A stretch of 64,000 nt of DNA, from IMG/VR virus record IMGVR_UViG_3300048552_000127. One strand, given 5' to 3'. The notes under the pieces are model-generated. The model worked only from the letters and a program-made list of their open reading frames with translations. It had not been told where the DNA came from and did not search any database. Both the position numbers and the translations under genes were made by a program. The DNA comes from an uncultured virus (IMG/VR IMGVR_UViG_3300048552_000127). Taxonomy: Duplodnaviria > Heunggongvirae > Uroviricota > Caudoviricetes. Below, in pieces: positions 55,039 to 64,000 of the stretch (positions are counted from its first letter, which is position 1; each line of letters opens with the position of its first letter).

Positions 55039-56214
55039 CTATACCTTTATAATGAAACATAATGTGTAAAATTCTGGCTCACTTGAAGCTGAACTCACAG
55101 ACCCCGTAATACCGTGGGTATGCGAAGCACCGCCGCCTGCAGAAACAGTGTTAGTATAGCCAACACTGCCATTCGCTGCGTATGAAATCAAATTACTTGT
55201 ACTTCCATCCCCATTTCTCATAGCCACGGGGTGAGTGTGGCTAGGCATTTGCGCTGTGGTAAGTGTATGTGCTGCACCAGTAAAAGTATCAGCGTGTGTA
55301 TGAGTAGCTGAGCCTCCTGTAGTTCCTGCAACACTAGAGCCTTTAATAAACTTGCCGATGAGATTAGGAGTACCATTCGTTCCATCACATAATAAGTAAC
55401 CAGAGGGCACATTAGCCGCCAAACCAGACCACATAGATATGATGCCTGTTGGTTCATCTAACCTCTTCCAAGCTGCTGGAGTTCCGTTTGTTATAACTCT
55501 AGTAAATATTTGATCTGGAATAAAATCATGCAGTGTTTGACTTACAAAAGTAGACGTTCTTACTATTGAAGTCAGCACTCCTACTTTTGAAGACCCTGAG
55601 GGAAACGTCCCCATAGAAGCGGCGGAAGTAGTAATAAAGCCAGTGCTGGTAATACTGTCAATATTTACAACAGGGCTGGGGGCTAATCCTAAATCATCTA
55701 TAGGTGTGGATGTGAAAACCCCTGTCTCCAACCGCGTAACACTAACAGTCGAAGATGTTAAGCGTTTTACTCTAAACGTGGCAGAGCCATCTTTCACAAC
55801 CATATTTCCAACCAAGGTAACACCGACACCCGCCGCGATAGTTACATCAAAATCAGCAAGGTTAATAACCGTAAACTCGAAATTACTACCGTCCACGCTA
55901 CCTGTTAATCCAGCTATGATATTAGCTACAGTATCGGTCGTCAAAGTACGAGCAACTGTTGGGGTGATAGTAAACTCACCACCTATAAGCTGCGCCGCTG
56001 TTAGTGTTGCATCTGCATCGGCTAGGGAAGTGCTGGTTATTAAATTTAAACTATCAAAGACTTGTGCCATCTCATCTTTGATAACTAATCCAGATATATT
56101 CTTATCTACGCCGCCATTAACCGTGACAAATAAATCACTATCTTCAATACTTGTATTAGCATCTAACTCTGTAATTCTTTTTGTTGAAATAGGTAGATTA
56201 GTAATTTCCCCCAT
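55039..56214 (-). CDS. Tail fibre protein with collar domain
   Basis: PTGIISMWSG...VPSGYLLCDGTNGTPNL, HTLTTAQMPSHTH, HxH motifs. Confidence 0.85.
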   Translation of the reverse strand: MGEITNLPISTKRITELDANTSIEDSDLFVTVNGGVDKNISGLVIKDEMAQVFDSLNLITSTSLADADATLTAAQLIGGEFTITPTVARTLTTDTVANIIAGLTGSVDGSNFEFTVINLADFDVTIAAGVGVTLVGNMVVKDGSATFRVKRLTSSTVSVTRLETGVFTSTPIDDLGLAPSPVVNIDSITSTGFITTSAASMGTFPSGSSKVGVLTSIVRTSTFVSQTLHDFIPDQIFTRVITNGTPAAWKRLDEPTGIISMWSGLAANVPSGYLLCDGTNGTPNLIGKFIKGSSVAGTTGGSATHTHADTFTGAAHTLTTAQMPSHTHPVAMRNGDGSTSNLISYAANGSVGYTNTVSAGGGASHTHGITGSVSSASSEPEFYTLCFIIKV

Positions 56215-56232
56215 TATATACTCCTCTTTTTA

Positions 56233-56595
56233 TTAAACTGTTTTTCTAAATACATTGTTAACCTCTCCTGCTAAAGTTTGAGTACCTACTAACACCCATG
56301 TACCACCTAGTCGTACACTTATAGCTGTAGCATCTTCTGCTGAAGTAGTAGTATGTGTATCTCCTACTGAATACCTATCATCTAGGTGTGCTATATAGCT
56401 GAATATATTATTAAATATAGTGTTAATGAAAGGTCTGTACCAATCTTGTCTTACTTTAAATCCAGTTCTCTGTACTTGTTCTGGGACAGGGAATTTATTA
56501 GCGTATGCTTGTTCCCCATCCCCTGTCCCTAAATCTCTGACTTCAAAGAAAGTATCTGTAGCCCATTCCAACCTGTCTTCTGGCCTTGCTGCCAT
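56233..56595 (-). CDS. Baseplate/tail-fibre attachment protein
   Basis: Position between wedge and fibre genes. Confidence 0.55.
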   Translation of the reverse strand: MAARPEDRLEWATDTFFEVRDLGTGDGEQAYANKFPVPEQVQRTGFKVRQDWYRPFINTIFNNIFSYIAHLDDRYSVGDTHTTTSAEDATAISVRLGGTWVLVGTQTLAGEVNNVFRKTV

Positions 56596-56596
56596 A

Positions 56597-57364
56597 CTAT
56601 GCCTCCGTTACTTCTTGCCATGCTAAATGACTTCCATCACTTAACTCTATAAAACTTCCATCATCTGTTACATACAACCCTGAACTTACATTATATTGAG
56701 TCTTACCAAATAGCTCAGATAAAGGGTTTATATCTTCTCCTATCTCTGGGAGAAAAGATGTACCTTCATCCCAAGAGTGTTGATAAGCATCTGTGGCTAA
56801 ATAACTGCCATCACTTAACTCTACTAATTCATCATTATCTGTAATATATAGTGCTTCAGTTTCTATTAACTCTGCACCTACAAATGCTTCATTATTGTGA
56901 TTATAAGATAATAAACCACATACCCCTGCTGCCATTACATCATCATTTATTTTAGCTATACGTGATGTAAACCCTTGTGACACTTGTGTAATAACTAGAG
57001 CTGGGTAGTGTTCAAATAATGTAGGATTTTCTGTACCAGTTAAAGATTTAATAATATCTAGTACAACAGGTATAGTACCGTCTGAGTTATTAATAGCTAA
57101 CCTGTTTAAGATAGCTGTTCTATAAGTTTCATCTGATCTGTTATCTCTAGTCTCCCCAGCAAATATACCTAGTACATCTAACTGCGTACCTATTGCAACA
57201 TTAATACCTCGTTGGGTTAGCAGATCATGTAATACATCTTCTAACTTCTGTATCTCTTTTAAGTAAGCCTTAGTAATACCCGTTGCTATAGGTTTATTAT
57301 TCCAGAATGTAATTAAATAATCTAAGCCAGAAGTTACATGATCTTGTTTTTCTAAATAAGCCAT
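56597..57364 (-). CDS. Baseplate wedge protein
   Basis: AIGTQLDVLG...R...DETYR motif. Confidence 0.75.
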   Translation of the reverse strand: MAYLEKQDHVTSGLDYLITFWNNKPIATGITKAYLKEIQKLEDVLHDLLTQRGINVAIGTQLDVLGIFAGETRDNRSDETYRTAILNRLAINNSDGTIPVVLDIIKSLTGTENPTLFEHYPALVITQVSQGFTSRIAKINDDVMAAGVCGLLSYNHNNEAFVGAELIETEALYITDNDELVELSDGSYLATDAYQHSWDEGTSFLPEIGEDINPLSELFGKTQYNVSSGLYVTDDGSFIELSDGSHLAWQEVTEA

Positions 57365-57372
57365 ATATCTCC

Positions 57373-58824
57373 TTACACTTGAAGCACAACTACATCTGCA
57401 TTAGTCGTACTAGCAAACTCAGTTTCACTTATAGATAATTTAGTTGTCTGCCAATTAGCAGGATTAGGTGCATCTCCTTGGTTAGCAATTACTTGTACCC
57501 TTATCTCTAACAACTCTAAAGAACCTACAGCAGATATTATATCTCCGAAGTAAGTAATAGGTATAACATCTTGTCCTAATTGAGATAGATTAACTTTATC
57601 AGTTAATGTACTTTCTATCAGTGCATCCCCTTCAGGTGGGAATGTAGATTCTGTGTGTTCTGTATAGTCCACTTCAAAAGCTAAGTTAATACTTACTGGG
57701 CGTGTTATACTTATATCTCTATCATTACCGTACTTATCTGTTACTACTAGAGGAGTATTGCCAAAGGCTTGTATACCTGCTGGTTTAGCTGTCAATACTG
57801 CTGTCCCGATATCTGTATCTGTGCCACCTTGTACAATAGTTTCAAAACTATGTTCTGGCCTTCCTGCTGCGTCTGTAACGGACGTATCATTCTCCACCAC
57901 CTTAGCTGTAGTGACACCATCAACTAATCTTGTATCGTCTTGTATGGCCTCCACTGTAGCTTTACCAGATGCACTCTGAGATGATACTATTCTAATCCTG
58001 TAATCTTCATCAGATTCTTTACTTCTACCTTGTGTATAAGCAATAGGGTTAGTTGTAACTACAGATGAACTTGTCACCATACGTGTTACACTATTAGTTG
58101 GTACATTGATAGCCCCAACCACTTGAGACTCTACATACCCAATCACTGTTATATCATTAGAAAGTAAGTAAGCAGGAGTAGATATGGCTAAAGGTTTATT
58201 GTTAGTCGCTTCTATTACTAAGTAGTTATTAACTAAATCTAATGAAGTTATGAACTCAGTGGAAGCTACAGCATCTAAACTAGCCTTTAATCCTGTGATT
58301 ATTTCTAAGGATGTAGCGTCTGCATCACTTGTATATGTGTATGCTACACTATTAACATCTACTCTATACAGTGTGGTATCTAATATTTGATCCACTTTGT
58401 ATTCTATCTTCACACAAGAGCTAGAATTAACGCCTATATTAGCTGTAGTTACAAATCTATCTAATGTACTAGGATTCTCTAAGATAGAACCGTTAGGTAT
58501 ATTAAAACCTGCCTTCTGCGTGAAGTGTTGGGTACTTGTAAAAGACTTTGTAGCACCTTGTCTTGCAACTAAGTTAAATGCACCTACATCGTCTAAGTTA
58601 GTACCTTCTGCTTTATTAGGGTTCTGACTATCATTCACAGCTTGTAACAGCTCATATATCTCTGCTATCTTTTGTGCAAGGATGTTAGTCTGTTGTCCAA
58701 ACTTCTCATCATCTCTTACACTTATATTCTCTAAACCTTCTACTTCTTTGTAAGAGGTTATTAAATTCTCTACTACGTCTGGCTGCCTGTCTATAACAAG
58801 ACCTTCGGATGTTAACCCTGCCAT
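57373..58824 (-). CDS. Baseplate J-like wedge protein
   Basis: AEGTNLD...R, G...ESDEDYRIR, PAGIQAFG. Confidence 0.85.
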   Translation of the reverse strand: MAGLTSEGLVIDRQPDVVENLITSYKEVEGLENISVRDDEKFGQQTNILAQKIAEIYELLQAVNDSQNPNKAEGTNLDDVGAFNLVARQGATKSFTSTQHFTQKAGFNIPNGSILENPSTLDRFVTTANIGVNSSSCVKIEYKVDQILDTTLYRVDVNSVAYTYTSDADATSLEIITGLKASLDAVASTEFITSLDLVNNYLVIEATNNKPLAISTPAYLLSNDITVIGYVESQVVGAINVPTNSVTRMVTSSSVVTTNPIAYTQGRSKESDEDYRIRIVSSQSASGKATVEAIQDDTRLVDGVTTAKVVENDTSVTDAAGRPEHSFETIVQGGTDTDIGTAVLTAKPAGIQAFGNTPLVVTDKYGNDRDISITRPVSINLAFEVDYTEHTESTFPPEGDALIESTLTDKVNLSQLGQDVIPITYFGDIISAVGSLELLEIRVQVIANQGDAPNPANWQTTKLSISETEFASTTNADVVVLQV

Positions 58825-58845
58825 ACTCCCTCCTTAATTATTATT

Positions 58846-59244
58846 CTAATTTAACCCTACTACTAAGGGAGTGTCAGTGCCTACACTTATACTTCCAGAT
58901 TTAGTTAATGCTTCAAAAGAGATACTTAGTTGTCTAGTTGGTTTATCTAGTGTAGACTCGTAAGTGACTATCTCTAAGATATTCCCCCTATTTAATATAT
59001 CTTCTTTTATATACTGATCTACTAATTGTTTAGTAGTTTTACCTAAGATAGATAGACTGTTATTATCATTCTCTATCCAAGGTATTCCAGCATCAATATT
59101 GAAATCCCATTCACCTCTATAAGTGGAGAGACTTATTAACACTTGCTGTCTGCTGGACTGCTCTATTGTATCTGTAAACTGTACAACACCATTGATAACT
59201 TTTACATCACCTGTTGTTTCATCTAATAAATAATCTACACTCAT
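58846..59244 (-). CDS. Baseplate gp25-like / sheath initiator
   Basis: L.TYRGEWDFN...GIPW motif. Confidence 0.7.
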   Translation of the reverse strand: MSVDYLLDETTGDVKVINGVVQFTDTIEQSSRQQVLISLSTYRGEWDFNIDAGIPWIENDNNSLSILGKTTKQLVDQYIKEDILNRGNILEIVTYESTLDKPTRQLSISFEALTKSGSISVGTDTPLVVGLN

Positions 59245-59906
59245 CTAAATACAACCTCTGTATCTTGTTGTGTGTTGCCATCTGAATCATTATCTTGTTC
59301 ATGATAATGTTGCTCACCTATCTCAATACCATTTTGGGTAATAGATGAAGTGTTCTGTGCGATAGTCCCACTGACATTAGTTATCTTATTGCCACTGATA
59401 TTCTCTATGTAGTCACCATTAACATCTACTTGTAAGTTGCCATTAGGTTTCATCTTAAAGCTGCTATCAGCGAACTTAATCTCTAAGTCATCCGGGTTAG
59501 GGTGTAAGTTAGTAGATACTGTAGGGCAACCTAGTGTTGCAAAGCAATCAGTAATAGCAAACCTTCTCTTGTCAGATGGAGGTAGTGGTGAATCTCCAAG
59601 GCTAAGTAAATAGTTATCTAAACCTTGTTTACTAAACTCTAGCCTCACCTTATCCCCTACTTTCACAGGAAGAGATATTAATGCACCTCCTCCTTCTTGT
59701 AAGCAGACAATAACACTAGGTATTACATCAAACTGGATAGACTCATTATCCTCTTCAAAGGTATTGACAAGAGGTTGTACATCTATCATCTGATCAGATT
59801 GGTAGTCATCTACGTTAGTGACTCTGGCAACCATACTAAGATTAATATTCTTATATACATAATCCCTTACAATATTACCCACTTCATCCACAAAATTCTT
59901 ATTCAT
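59241..59906 (-). CDS. Baseplate central spike (gpV/Gp138-like)
   Basis: DVQPL, PVKVGD.V.L.F, RRF...D, C-terminal HYH. Confidence 0.85.
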   Translation of the reverse strand: MNKNFVDEVGNIVRDYVYKNINLSMVARVTNVDDYQSDQMIDVQPLVNTFEEDNESIQFDVIPSVIVCLQEGGGALISLPVKVGDKVRLEFSKQGLDNYLLSLGDSPLPPSDKRRFAITDCFATLGCPTVSTNLHPNPDDLEIKFADSSFKMKPNGNLQVDVNGDYIENISGNKITNVSGTIAQNTSSITQNGIEIGEQHYHEQDNDSDGNTQQDTEVVFR

Positions 59907-60973
59907 TATCCTTGCAACTTTCTAGTTTTAATTATAGTATCCCAAGCATTACCTTCAAAGTCTAAATTATGTGATATACTCTCTATTGGGTATGTACCAT
60001 TAAAGTCTTGACCTACATTTTCAATACTAATAGCCATGTTAGCCTGTACCCTTCCATTAAGAAAAGTTCTAGCAACAATACCTTCATCTTTTACTTTAGA
60101 ACCTTGTGTCTCTTTAGAGTTATCCCCTTGTCTCTCTAAGGGAGCTTTAAGTGTTTCAGGTTCTAATATGAAAGTTTCAACGTACTGAGCTACACCTTTA
60201 GGTTCTACATATAACTTACCTAATACTGTGTAGAATCTATAATCCATACCATCGCAAAACTTACTTATCTCTTCAAACAGATTACCCGCTGCTGAATAAC
60301 CAAAGGGGTATGTATCTTCTACAGGGCTTTGGAAATCACCTATCTTTATCTGAACCTTACCTACAGGTACAAAGTTAGACTTAGCTATTAATAGCATATC
60401 TTCTAACACTTGCTTTTTAGTTGTATTCTTAGGCCAACTCTTAGAGAACTTTAATGACTTCTTAGGTATATTATTATCTGCACATACTATCTTAGTGATA
60501 TATGTACCAGTGGAGGAATCTCTTGTAGTTGTTACTGATTTAACTTGAGAAGCTAGTAGTAATGGTAGATCATCATAATCTACATCACGGCTACCTATAT
60601 CTATTTTATAACCTGCTCTAAGGAATAACATATCATTTACACGTATACTATTTTTAGTGTCTTCTGTTAAGTTATCTAAATAAATAACAGAAGATTGATT
60701 GCCGCCATTACTTCCAGACTTACTATATACAATAGTAGCTCTCATACCAAGATCACGTATCTCTATAAACTTATCTGGGATAGTTCTATAATCATGGAAG
60801 CCTATACCATTACTTGTGTCTCCTAAGCCTTGAGAACTATCTATTATCTTAGTAGCTGCTAGGTATCTAGGTACAGCCACTTTTGAGATATACCTAGGTA
60901 AAGTATTTACTATATTAGTGGATAACCTTCCTACAATTAAAGAATATCTTCTGTCAAATACTTCATAACTCAT
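59906..60973 (-). CDS. Baseplate hub protein
   Basis: I.NL, L.AGY, Y.I.SI.H..D..G..W pattern; upstream of the spike. Confidence 0.75.
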   Translation of the reverse strand: MSYEVFDRRYSLIVGRLSTNIVNTLPRYISKVAVPRYLAATKIIDSSQGLGDTSNGIGFHDYRTIPDKFIEIRDLGMRATIVYSKSGSNGGNQSSVIYLDNLTEDTKNSIRVNDMLFLRAGYKIDIGSRDVDYDDLPLLLASQVKSVTTTRDSSTGTYITKIVCADNNIPKKSLKFSKSWPKNTTKKQVLEDMLLIAKSNFVPVGKVQIKIGDFQSPVEDTYPFGYSAAGNLFEEISKFCDGMDYRFYTVLGKLYVEPKGVAQYVETFILEPETLKAPLERQGDNSKETQGSKVKDEGIVARTFLNGRVQANMAISIENVGQDFNGTYPIESISHNLDFEGNAWDTIIKTRKLQG

Positions 60974-61302
60974 GCTAATTCTTCTTGATTAGATACATAG
61001 AATAAGCCATAATTCTTTCCTATTCCTGTATTATCTTTAACCGCTTTATCTAAACTTGTACCTACTCTGAAACAGAATATCTCCCCATGTGAGAAGTCAT
61101 CTAATACATAACGGGATAATAAGCCCTGATCTTCCATTACTTTAACACTGGGTTTGACTAAAACCTCACCTATAAAGAGATCAAAGAATAATCTACCCTT
61201 CTCTAATAAACTCTCTTTAAATAAAAGAGTATAAGTTATCCCAGCTAATGTAATCTCTACCTCTGGATAGGCGGCTTCTGGTACTGGTATTTCTACTGCC
61301 AT
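60970..61302 (-). CDS. Baseplate-associated virion protein
   Basis: Position; ITLAG.TY.L pattern. Confidence 0.6.
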   Translation of the reverse strand: MAVEIPVPEAAYPEVEITLAGITYTLLFKESLLEKGRLFFDLFIGEVLVKPSVKVMEDQGLLSRYVLDDFSHGEIFCFRVGTSLDKAVKDNTGIGKNYGLFYVSNQEELA

Positions 61303-61303
61303 G

Positions 61304-61885
61304 TTAATCTCCGTTAAGTGCCGCCGCTTTATTTTGATCTATTTTTGCTATCTGGAAAAAAGTAAAATCTTTAACATCTTTTTCCTTAGTAGTGGCACTT
61401 TTCTTACTGGACTTGGAGGTTGTTGATTTAGCAACAGCAATAGAGGGTCTTGCAACTGACCTAGCTCCTGCTGCAAACCTAGTCTTCTGTAACGTGAAAT
61501 TAACATTGAAAGCATTACTACCTCCCTTATGTCTACCTACTTCTGAGTTTTGAGTATGACTAAAAGAAGTAAAATAACAGTTACTATCAGGTGCTTGTTT
61601 ATCACTATAAAACACTTTAATAGGTATCTTCTGTATCTGTGCAGACTTTAATCCATTAAGGTATTGTTCAGTGTTCTTATGAAAGTTAGTATCATCGAAT
61701 GTAGATATATCTGTTATTAGTCCTGTGAAAGATATGGTAACAGGTTTAACTACATAGTTATCCGAACTGTAATTACCATCTTCTACTAGAGAACTGGATA
61801 ATGTACCAGAAGAATTTCTTGTTATATCTGTAGTGGCGTTCATTGCGTATATACGTCCATCTACTTCTAAATAAAATATAGACAA
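61304..61885 (-). CDS. Tail tube initiator / Dit-like protein
   Basis: VEDG...SD.....P.TIS.TG.I pattern, follows the tape measure gene. Confidence 0.65.
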   Translation of the reverse strand: MSIFYLEVDGRIYAMNATTDITRNSSGTLSSSLVEDGNYSSDNYVVKPVTISFTGLITDISTFDDTNFHKNTEQYLNGLKSAQIQKIPIKVFYSDKQAPDSNCYFTSFSHTQNSEVGRHKGGSNAFNVNFTLQKTRFAAGARSVARPSIAVAKSTTSKSSKKSATTKEKDVKDFTFFQIAKIDQNKAAALNGD

Positions 61886-63973
61886 TTAATTACCCCCTAA
61901 GTACATACTTTGTGTGTGATTATCTAATATGCTAGGCATAGACTCTTTAATAATTCTTTCTACTAGCCCAGTATCAGCACCATCTATATTATAGGTATGT
62001 ACTACAGTTGTACCTCCGCTTCCTATTATTTGCTTAGAATATAGATCAGCTTCGGTAGATTGTTTATTAAGGACTTTGCTCAAGGGTGTTTCAACTAGAC
62101 CAGAAGCCTTTAAACCTCCAAAGGTTGCTAAATTAACAGTCTCTATGTAGGCGGTTTTCATCTGATCCCAATAGTCTAACTTCATAAACTCTATGAGTAC
62201 CCCAATATCTTCCCTTATGGAGTTATACACTTTCTCTATCATTTCACCTATCTTGTAAAACGTAAGGAATAGCCAATTAGCATCTTCCATCTTCTTATTA
62301 GACTCTGCCTGAGCTTCAGCGAACTCCTTTGCAGCTCTAGCCATGTCTTGATACTTCTCAACATCTCCACTCTTAAACAAAGTAATAGCAAACTCTATTG
62401 CCATTAGAGGCCACAATACTCTCATCAAACCCCTAAGAGATTTGCCTAATGTTTTAGTTTGTGCATCCGCTGTTTTAATATCCTTACTCATACCTAAGAA
62501 TGATTTACCTGTGGTAACAGCAGCTACCCCTACTTCCCTGAGTTTAACTATTGCTCTTCCCAGTGCGGGTATAAACTTCATTACAAATAAACCAATAAGT
62601 AATCTTATTGCACCTTGTATACCTTGGCCTTCTGATAACCCTAAAGCCATTCCCAGTTTATCTACACCATTAAATACAAATGCTATTGCGTTAGAAAGCT
62701 CTCCAAACACTTTAGCTAAGCCTATTGCCAAAGGTGTAACAGCTTCAATGATATTAGATAAACCCCCAAAGGAGTTCATAAATATATCTGTCATACCTGC
62801 ATTAGCTACACCTTCAATAGCTTTATTAGTAGAATTTATCATTCTATTTTCTGCTGCTGTCATAGACTGCATGAAAGCTTCTAATGCACCTGAAGTTCTG
62901 CCTTGATCACTAAGTATTCTAGCTACTATTTTAGTAAACTCTTTAGCATCAACACCTGCTGTCTTAATTGTATCTTTAAAACTCTTTGTAGCTTTATCAA
63001 AATGATCCGCTGACCTTAGCCCCATTTCATCTAATGCTTGTACTGCTGCACCTGAGAATGCTGGTACTTGGTCAACAATCTGATTAATCTCTTGAGCCTG
63101 TACTACAGAACCAGAGATCATCTGTCTAAAACCTAAGAATGCTAACTTAGCTGAATCTGCACTTGTACCAGCAGATGCTAAACCTTCTGATATCTGTGTG
63201 AATACTTTCTTAGCTGTTATCTCATCAACGCCACCTGACAATGCACCTACGTTAAATGTAGCAAATGCTTTGGCTGTATCTTTATACCTTAACCCTAGTC
63301 TTTCTGTTAATTGATTAACATATACTAAATCTTCTGCTGACTTCTTAGAACTACCTGATGCTAATAGAGATGCAACACGTATATTCTCCATCTCCGCAGA
63401 CACTCTCTTTAAAGCACCTACACCTTGTATCACAGCAAATACAGATATCCAACTTCTAGCTAAATTATCTAAAGAAGATTTCAACCCTTTAGCTGCTGTC
63501 ATTTGACTCTTCATTTGTCTAGTCATAGACTTAGTGGCTTTACTAGAGGATGCTACAGCACGTCTGGATCTAGTAACACTATCTCCAAACTCTGTAAACT
63601 CTTTACTATTCTTGTCTGTTATTTTAGCCAAAGAAGCTAAGTCTTTATCTAAACTCTTTACTACTTCAACCAACTTTTTTATTCGCACCTGAGCTTCTTT
63701 AGAGTTAACCTTACGTAACTCTGCAATATCTCTTTCTGCTCTTATCTTTAGACCTTCTATCTGTCTACGTTGGGTGTCACGCTGGTTATTAGATAAAGGG
63801 AGTGTTCCACTTTCTCTAGGAGTTCTAGTCTTTCTTTCTCCAGAACCTCCCATCCCAGAACCAACATTCATATTCTGATACTTGGCAAACTTCCTCTCTA
63901 AGTCTTGGAAGCCTTTATCTATTCTACTACTATCCCATTGTAACTGGAGAGTATGATCATCTAATGTTAACAT
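61886..63973 (-). CDS. Tape measure protein
   Basis: 695 aa helical; QMISGSVVQAQEINQI tape-measure motif; upstream of baseplate genes. Confidence 0.88.
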   Translation of the reverse strand: MLTLDDHTLQLQWDSSRIDKGFQDLERKFAKYQNMNVGSGMGGSGERKTRTPRESGTLPLSNNQRDTQRRQIEGLKIRAERDIAELRKVNSKEAQVRIKKLVEVVKSLDKDLASLAKITDKNSKEFTEFGDSVTRSRRAVASSSKATKSMTRQMKSQMTAAKGLKSSLDNLARSWISVFAVIQGVGALKRVSAEMENIRVASLLASGSSKKSAEDLVYVNQLTERLGLRYKDTAKAFATFNVGALSGGVDEITAKKVFTQISEGLASAGTSADSAKLAFLGFRQMISGSVVQAQEINQIVDQVPAFSGAAVQALDEMGLRSADHFDKATKSFKDTIKTAGVDAKEFTKIVARILSDQGRTSGALEAFMQSMTAAENRMINSTNKAIEGVANAGMTDIFMNSFGGLSNIIEAVTPLAIGLAKVFGELSNAIAFVFNGVDKLGMALGLSEGQGIQGAIRLLIGLFVMKFIPALGRAIVKLREVGVAAVTTGKSFLGMSKDIKTADAQTKTLGKSLRGLMRVLWPLMAIEFAITLFKSGDVEKYQDMARAAKEFAEAQAESNKKMEDANWLFLTFYKIGEMIEKVYNSIREDIGVLIEFMKLDYWDQMKTAYIETVNLATFGGLKASGLVETPLSKVLNKQSTEADLYSKQIIGSGGTTVVHTYNIDGADTGLVERIIKESMPSILDNHTQSMYLGGN

Positions 63974-64000
63974 GTTACGCTCCTCTTATTATTCTCTAGG

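Noticed and set aside
55039..56214. Diversity-generating retroelement or invertible fibre system
   Set aside because: No reverse transcriptase, invertase or template/variable repeat pair is visible
55643..56236. 197-aa plus-strand ORF opposite the tail fibre
   Set aside because: Antisense frame of a Thr/Val/Ala-rich gene, with no RBS or promoter
1..64000. Integrase, IntI or repressor indicating a complete integron or prophage
   Set aside because: No ORF shows tyrosine or serine recombinase motifs; one could still lie outside the window
1..64000. Genome-wide stop-codon reassignment
   Set aside because: All long genes are intact under the standard code, TAG and TGA end many ORFs, and no suppressor tRNA is seen; only one in-frame TAG (20421) stands out

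Overview
A 64-kb segment of an AT-rich, apparently lytic tailed phage with a contractile-type baseplate. Its sigma70-type promoters, attC styles and parS-like site suggest a gammaproteobacterial, probably marine, host (inference). Layout: terminase and a large virion protein (minus, 0.1-6.1 kb); three tRNA-like genes among structured non-coding RNA (7.0-8.1 kb); HNH, nrdA with an intein, nrdB and an M15 endolysin (plus, 8-19 kb); many small early-type genes with their own promoters, plus repeat-rich non-coding DNA (mostly minus, 19-32 kb); DenV, helicase, primase-helicase, family A polymerase, SSB, exonuclease, nucleotide enzymes and ThyX (plus, 32-51 kb); holin-like, tail-fibre, baseplate and tape-measure genes (minus, 51-64 kb). 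The main observation is two arrays of integron-type gene cassettes (about 9.2-12.2 kb and 17.7-18.6 kb). Together they hold 10 full attC-like sites and one truncated site, and the first array ends in an attI-like or half site. No integrase gene is visible in the window. The extrahelical bases put the attC top strand on the minus strand, yet most cargo genes, including vapD, are on the plus strand. They are therefore inverted relative to canonical cassettes and aligned with phage promoters. Other notable elements: a fixed-spacing tripartite repeat (7 copies), a parS-like palindrome inside a promoter, candidate pseudoknotted RNAs, a tRNA-Ile(AAT), and a receiver domain / tiny peptide / membrane protein cluster beside holin-like genes. 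All calls come from reading the sequence; no searches were run.
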